From: Candidatus Nanohaloarchaea archaeon
GTDB taxonomy: Archaea; Nanohalarchaeota; Nanosalinia; Nanosalinales; Nanosalinaceae
Length of the DNA stretch: 20,279 nucleotides
Reading direction: 5' to 3'
Assembly (NCBI GenBank): GCA_042218325.1
Contig: JBDGRE010000012.1
Span: 1 to 20,279 of the forward strand
Shown: in pieces, positions 16,108 to 20,279 of the stretch
How the letters are laid out: each line of letters opens with the position of its first letter
How positions within the stretch are numbered: position 1 is the first letter of the stretch
The notes under the pieces: model-generated
The model's database searches: none
The model's input: only the letters and a program-made list of their open reading frames with translations
Told to the model about the DNA's origin: nothing
Program-made: the position numbers and the translations under genes

Positions 16108-16892
16108 GGTCTAACTACCTCTACATCAAGGCTTGGTGATTTGACGTATTTATAAGATGTGGAGAACACCAGGTTCCTCGCCGACGTGGAGCCTGACGAT
16201 ATCTCGCAGGAGAACGTGGTCTTACCTTCCGATACTGACTCCACCTCGCGAGGGCAGTCGCTGAAGACGGAAGAAGGCCTGTACTCCATCGTGTAGCTGG
16301 AGTCGACTCTTCCCGGCCCGGTGGGGCTGAGGCTGAACGATACCACGCCGCCGTCCTGCGGCACCGGGTTCTCGTATGTGACCTCTACTGTCACCTCGCC
16401 GTTGGAGAACTTTCTTCTCACCTCTTTCCTGTTCTCTATCTCGCTTACGGTCCTGAAGTCGGCCTTCATAGGAGACTGTTCGTTGGTGATCGCTGAAGAG
16501 TAGTCGAGGTTGAGCTGCATCGTTACCGACTGCGAGCTGAAACCGCCGAGGTCGTCCGGTGCAGTAACCGTCCATGTGCACTCCATCTCCGGCGCGAAAC
16601 CTTCACGGTACTTGCCTATCTGGGCGGGCGAGCAGCTCTTGCTTCCGGCCTGCATGAACCCGGTGTTGTACAGCGAGAGTTGGTTTATGCTCACAGGTTC
16701 CGTGTGGTAGTTCTTCAGCCTGACCCGGACGTTGGACTGCTGCCCTGTGGTCAGCTGCCGGTCAGCTATGGTGAACTCCTGCACTACCAGCCCCTGTCCG
16801 CTTTCACCGTTGCTACCGGGCGTGTCGATACCGGTATGGACGCAGCCAGATACCGCCACGACGATTGCTATCAGTGCTATCTTAGTTCGCAC
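16104..16892 (-). CDS. Lipobox-containing two-beta-sandwich-domain protein (paralog 2)
   Basis: VSGC lipobox then VHTG; GTG start with GGGTGA SD at 16904-16899; four further Cys; terminal YKY strand. Confidence 0.85.
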   Translation of the reverse strand: MRTKIALIAIVVAVSGCVHTGIDTPGSNGESGQGLVVQEFTIADRQLTTGQQSNVRVRLKNYHTEPVSINQLSLYNTGFMQAGSKSCSPAQIGKYREGFAPEMECTWTVTAPDDLGGFSSQSVTMQLNLDYSSAITNEQSPMKADFRTVSEIENRKEVRRKFSNGEVTVEVTYENPVPQDGGVVSFSLSPTGPGRVDSSYTMEYRPSSVFSDCPREVESVSEGKTTFSCEISSGSTSARNLVFSTSYKYVKSPSLDVEVVRP

Positions 16893-17820
16893 GGGGTTTC
16901 ACCCTTACAGTCCGGGAGCCTACGCTCTGGAGGTATGTGTATTCGACTTCCGCGGAGATCCGGGATATCTGGCTGGGTGCGTCCAGCTCGGATCTCTGCG
17001 GCAGGTCGAGGTTGCAGCTGATGACGCGGGACTGGCCCTCGAACATCCTTATGTCCTCGGAACTCTGGAGGTCGCATTTCTCCATGTTACCGAAGCTCTC
17101 GTCGAGCTGCAGCGGGCTGGTCGCGCTCACATGCAGGCTCTGCTCGTTTACGTCGACTACGCCCTTGTTGTAGTCCTCTCTCCTCTGGTTGCGGAGCTGC
17201 AGCAAAACCTGTAGTTGCCTTGACTCGCCGGGTTCCGTGGCGATGAACGTGGACGCCTTGCCCACGGTACTGCCGACGGTCTCTATCGCGAACAGCATAG
17301 GTCCTGAAGACGACTCCCAGGAAAGCTCCGGTGAGCCCTGGACCTCCCTCTTCTTCTTTATCTGTACCTGGCGATACGTCTGCACCGTGTAGTTGAACGG
17401 TAGCTGGACCTCCACGTCGCAGGTGTACCCTATAAGAGGTACGTCGCCCTGCTGCCGCAGCTGCCACATCAGGTTGAGCCTGTCGCCGGGCTGCAGGGTT
17501 ACGCTCCCGGCCTCCTTAGTCCCCGAGGTGGTGACGGAGAAATCCTCCTGGCTGACACTGAAGATGTCCGGGCAGTAATCCTTGAGCACGCGCTGCCCCT
17601 TGTTACCGAGACGTATCTCCGCGGGGAGCTGGCCGGTGTTCTCGAGGTCGAGCGAGACACGGGCCGATGTACCCTCGCGGATCTCCTGCGGTACCACGGA
17701 GAAAGAGTTTATGGTTATGGCCTTCGCTGACTCCTGCCTATCACCACCACCGGTGTGGATGCAGCCGGAGGCCAAGACAGCGAGCGCCAACAGACTTAAA
17801 GCAAGAGCCCGGTTCTCCAT
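16882..17820 (-). CDS. Lipobox-containing two-beta-sandwich-domain protein (paralog 1)
   Basis: LASGC lipobox then IHTG; LENTG, FNY, SGPM, LRN, YTY motifs align with the neighbours. Confidence 0.88.
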   Translation of the reverse strand: MENRALALSLLALAVLASGCIHTGGGDRQESAKAITINSFSVVPQEIREGTSARVSLDLENTGQLPAEIRLGNKGQRVLKDYCPDIFSVSQEDFSVTTSGTKEAGSVTLQPGDRLNLMWQLRQQGDVPLIGYTCDVEVQLPFNYTVQTYRQVQIKKKREVQGSPELSWESSSGPMLFAIETVGSTVGKASTFIATEPGESRQLQVLLQLRNQRREDYNKGVVDVNEQSLHVSATSPLQLDESFGNMEKCDLQSSEDIRMFEGQSRVISCNLDLPQRSELDAPSQISRISAEVEYTYLQSVGSRTVRVKPRAN

Positions 17821-17850
17821 GTTATATGGGTCTGTTTTCCGCGGTTAAAA
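17796..17850. promoter_or_regulatory. Crossed divergent promoters, each TATA box inside the opposite gene
   Basis: TTAAAG (+, 17796-17801) is 25-30 nt before ATG 17826; TTTTAA (-, 17850-17845) is 25-30 nt before ATG 17820. Confidence 0.55.
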
Positions 17851-18620
17851 GCTTTGTAACCCAGAAGTTCTGGGCGCCTGCTGCTGGCAGGGCAGCGGAC
17901 TACAACGTCTTCAACACCTCCTTTTACGCCGTGGGTTTCGCCGCGGCGGCCGCGTACATAGGTTTTCCGCTGCTGAAGCGGCTCGGTATCGAGCTCGACA
18001 GGCGTTTCTTCCTCTCCGTGACGCCCTACATCCTCCTCGGGGGCGCGGCAAGAGTTCTCGAGGACCGCGCCCTCGTCGACTCCGTGCTTCTCGTGACACC
18101 TTTCATCTACCTCGTGATGTTTGTCGCGACGATAGGAACACTTGTGGCGGCGCGTTACCTGTTCGGCGATGAATACTACCGGCCGTTCGGCCTTGTGGGC
18201 GCGGCAGGCTTCCTGATAACGGTCGCGCTCTACCAGTTCTCGAACTGGCAGGCGGTACCTCTTACCGCCGCGGTCTTCATCGCGACCGCCGGTACCGGCT
18301 ATCTCCTGCTGGAGACGTACAGGCCGGAACTCGCGGGCTACAGCTTCACCATTCCAGTCGCCGCACACTACTATGACGCTTCCACGAGCGTGGTCGCGCT
18401 GTTCTTCGGCGGCAGCGAGAAGCACCTCTTGGCGCAGTTCTTCGTCGACTTTTTCGGGCTTCCCGGCATGTTCGTCATGAAAACCGTGGTGATAGTCCCG
18501 GCGGTTTACTTCATACACCGGGATTTCGAGGGTGACAGGAAGAAGTACTACCTTTTCATAGTGGCCTTGCTCGGCCTCGCGCTCGGCACCAGGAACATTC
18601 TCTCCGTCGCCACGGCCTAG
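17826..18620 (+). CDS. DUF63 family polytopic membrane protein, 264 aa (Ali-like, putative archaeal lipoprotein lipidation factor)
   Basis: YNVFNTSFY, PYILLGGAARVLED, LVTPFIY, AHYYDASTS, EKH, LGLALGTRN motifs; about 8 TM helices; start ATG 17826 avoids overlap. Confidence 0.85.
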   Translation: MGLFSAVKSFVTQKFWAPAAGRAADYNVFNTSFYAVGFAAAAAYIGFPLLKRLGIELDRRFFLSVTPYILLGGAARVLEDRALVDSVLLVTPFIYLVMFVATIGTLVAARYLFGDEYYRPFGLVGAAGFLITVALYQFSNWQAVPLTAAVFIATAGTGYLLLETYRPELAGYSFTIPVAAHYYDASTSVVALFFGGSEKHLLAQFFVDFFGLPGMFVMKTVVIVPAVYFIHRDFEGDRKKYYLFIVALLGLALGTRNILSVATA

Positions 18621-20279
18621 TTATCCCCAGCCCGAGCTCCCGTCTCCCCACGTGCTGTCAGAACCCGAACCCCAGAGGCTGTCTGAGCTTCCGCTGCTAC
18701 CCGACGAACCCGAGCATTTTTTCGCGTTGCGCTCGAAAACGATGACCTTCTTGATGTCGGTCCTCTTCTGCTCCAGCCCCGATGCTGTACACGGCGCGTC
18801 ACGTCCAAGCCTCTCGAACTCCACTTCCAAGCCTCTCGACGTCCTTACGCTTGCGAGCGCGAAGTTCTTGTTGTCGCCGCTCGTCATCCTTTCGATTGTG
18901 TTCCGGTCGAGGCCTATCGCGTACTCCGCGCTTGCGCGGGAGTTAGGCAGCTGGCCTGCGTTGAAGGCTATCTCTCCCTGCTCCAGCTTCTTGTCCAGCT
19001 TGCTGCCGCCCGTCATCAGCTGCTTGCTCCACTCGTTGCTGCGGCCGTCTCCGTCCTCCTTAGGCCCCTTCACGACGGAGCACCCGTTGCCCGCGTCCAC
19101 GCCGGTGCATCTCGTCAGGTAATGGTAATCCCGGTGAGTATCGTTGTACTGCTGTGTGACGAGCAGCGGGCAGTCGTACCTCGCGCTGCACCGCGAGTTC
19201 GAGACCTTGAAGCTGTCGATCTTCTCCTCGAGTGCAACAGTGTACTCGGCCTCCACGCCCATCGTGAGGGTCTCTCCTGACGGGCTGATGTCCGATGGGT
19301 CTTCCAGCCTCATGACGCACCCGAATATAGGCGGCTTCTGGGCCCTTGTGAACCAGAGCGGGCGGTCGCTGGCCGAGGAGATGATGTTTCTCTTCGCCCG
19401 CTGCTTCAGCTGCAGCATGTTATCGCCTGACGGGATGAACTGGCATTCACGGGAGCTATCCTGGTATATAGTTGTTTCCTGCGAGTTCCTCACCTTGAGA
19501 TCCTTCACCTTGTACCTGAGGTCGAACTCCTGCGTGTCGAGCGAGGCCCTGACCGCGAACGGCTGCGCCGCATCCTCCGCGGACTGTCCCTCCTTGAGAG
19601 CCTGGGAATCGTAGAGGACCGGCGAGTTGACGTTGATGGACGCCTTCACGGGTGTGTCCGCGGTCTTCGACTCCTTCATGCTTTTCTCGATGTTCGGGTT
19701 GGACTGGAGATTCTGCAGGCTCATGGCCTGGAAGTAAAGCGTGGACTGTGAGAAGTAATCGTACCGGACCTCGAGCATCACGGTCCTGTACTCACCGAGC
19801 GCCGGCTGGAGCATATTACAGTCCTCAAGAGTGAAGTCGTCACCGTTCTCGTTCCCTTTTATACGCTGGAAACCCGTCGACGCCGACGTACCAGGGTAGA
19901 TGTCGTTGCCTTTCCACGGTTCCCGGGCGTCTTCACGTATATCGTACGCCTTCACAGGTATCCAGCCGGTGTCGCAGTACTCTTTCCTGCTGTCTATGAC
20001 CCTGAGCCGGTAGCTGACGTTCTCGGCGTTCAGGCCTTTCAGGCCGTGCCGGGGGTTGGATATGGTGAACGAGACGGGTATAGCGTAGTCGGTGTTCTTG
20101 TAGGCCACGTCCAAGCCGGAGCCCTGGCCGATATCGAACCTCTCGATCTTCAGGCCGTACTGCTCCCCCACGTCCTCGGATCCAGGCCTCTCCGTGTTGT
20201 TCTGCTGCCACTGCCTGAAACACGCCGGGCCTTTCGCGAAGCAGCCTATCTTGGCCGCGGTCTGGCTCAGCATCGCCGA
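18621..20279 (-). CDS. Large Cys-rich member of the same two-beta-sandwich family with a C-terminal extension; 5'-truncated
   Basis: Frame stays open to the window end (TCG GCG ATG...); GLKIERF, YDYFSQSTL, DTPVKASI, GCVM, EYTV align with the three lipoproteins; stop abuts the DUF63 stop with 0 bp gap. Confidence 0.85.
   Translation of the reverse strand, partial: SAMLSQTAAKIGCFAKGPACFRQWQQNNTERPGSEDVGEQYGLKIERFDIGQGSGLDVAYKNTDYAIPVSFTISNPRHGLKGLNAENVSYRLRVIDSRKEYCDTGWIPVKAYDIREDAREPWKGNDIYPGTSASTGFQRIKGNENGDDFTLEDCNMLQPALGEYRTVMLEVRYDYFSQSTLYFQAMSLQNLQSNPNIEKSMKESKTADTPVKASINVNSPVLYDSQALKEGQSAEDAAQPFAVRASLDTQEFDLRYKVKDLKVRNSQETTIYQDSSRECQFIPSGDNMLQLKQRAKRNIISSASDRPLWFTRAQKPPIFGCVMRLEDPSDISPSGETLTMGVEAEYTVALEEKIDSFKVSNSRCSARYDCPLLVTQQYNDTHRDYHYLTRCTGVDAGNGCSVVKGPKEDGDGRSNEWSKQLMTGGSKLDKKLEQGEIAFNAGQLPNSRASAEYAIGLDRNTIERMTSGDNKNFALASVRTSRGLEVEFERLGRDAPCTASGLEQKRTDIKKVIVFERNAKKCSGSSGSSGSSDSLWGSGSDSTWGDGSSGWG

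Noticed and set aside
17667-17825. 53-aa N-terminal extension of the DUF63 ORF
   Set aside because: Lies antisense within the lipoprotein gene and has atypical composition; ATG 17826 fits better
3438-19614. Numerous antisense or alternative-frame ORFs (e.g. 3442-4290, 8026-8622, 8432-9172, 14068-14628, 17796-18518)
   Set aside because: Shadow ORFs expected in GC-rich DNA; each overlaps a better-supported gene and lacks acidic composition or motifs
1-20279. Provirus, plasmid or defence island interpretation of the orphan-rich regions
   Set aside because: No integrase, terminase, capsid, transposase, nuclease or tRNA boundary seen; orphan genes are interleaved with housekeeping genes of similar style

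Overview
GC-rich, very gene-dense archaeal DNA with a strongly acidic proteome, archaeal TATA boxes and GGTGA-type Shine-Dalgarno (SD) sites. It most plausibly comes from a halophilic DPANN archaeon (Nanohaloarchaeota-like); this is an inference from protein acidity, compaction and gene types. From left to right: (1) a minus-strand cluster of two acidic coiled-coil proteins and five Gly-rich or hydrophobic membrane proteins, two of which the ORF track misses (1-3304); (2) housekeeping genes DUF357, dph5 and a divergent Trm5-family tRNA methyltransferase; (3) three orphan genes, two sharing a duplicated helical domain; (4) two large secreted Ig-like/COG1470-type surface proteins; (5) a minus-strand operon of three paralogous lipobox proteins plus a GWN-repeat/CARDB-like surface protein split by one in-frame TGA; (6) a DUF63 (Ali-like, putative lipoprotein lipidation) gene head-to-head with that operon, 5 bp away; (7) a fourth, larger paralog truncated at the window end. 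I saw no RNA genes, CRISPR arrays or mobile elements. All family calls come from motif recognition by eye, not database searches.
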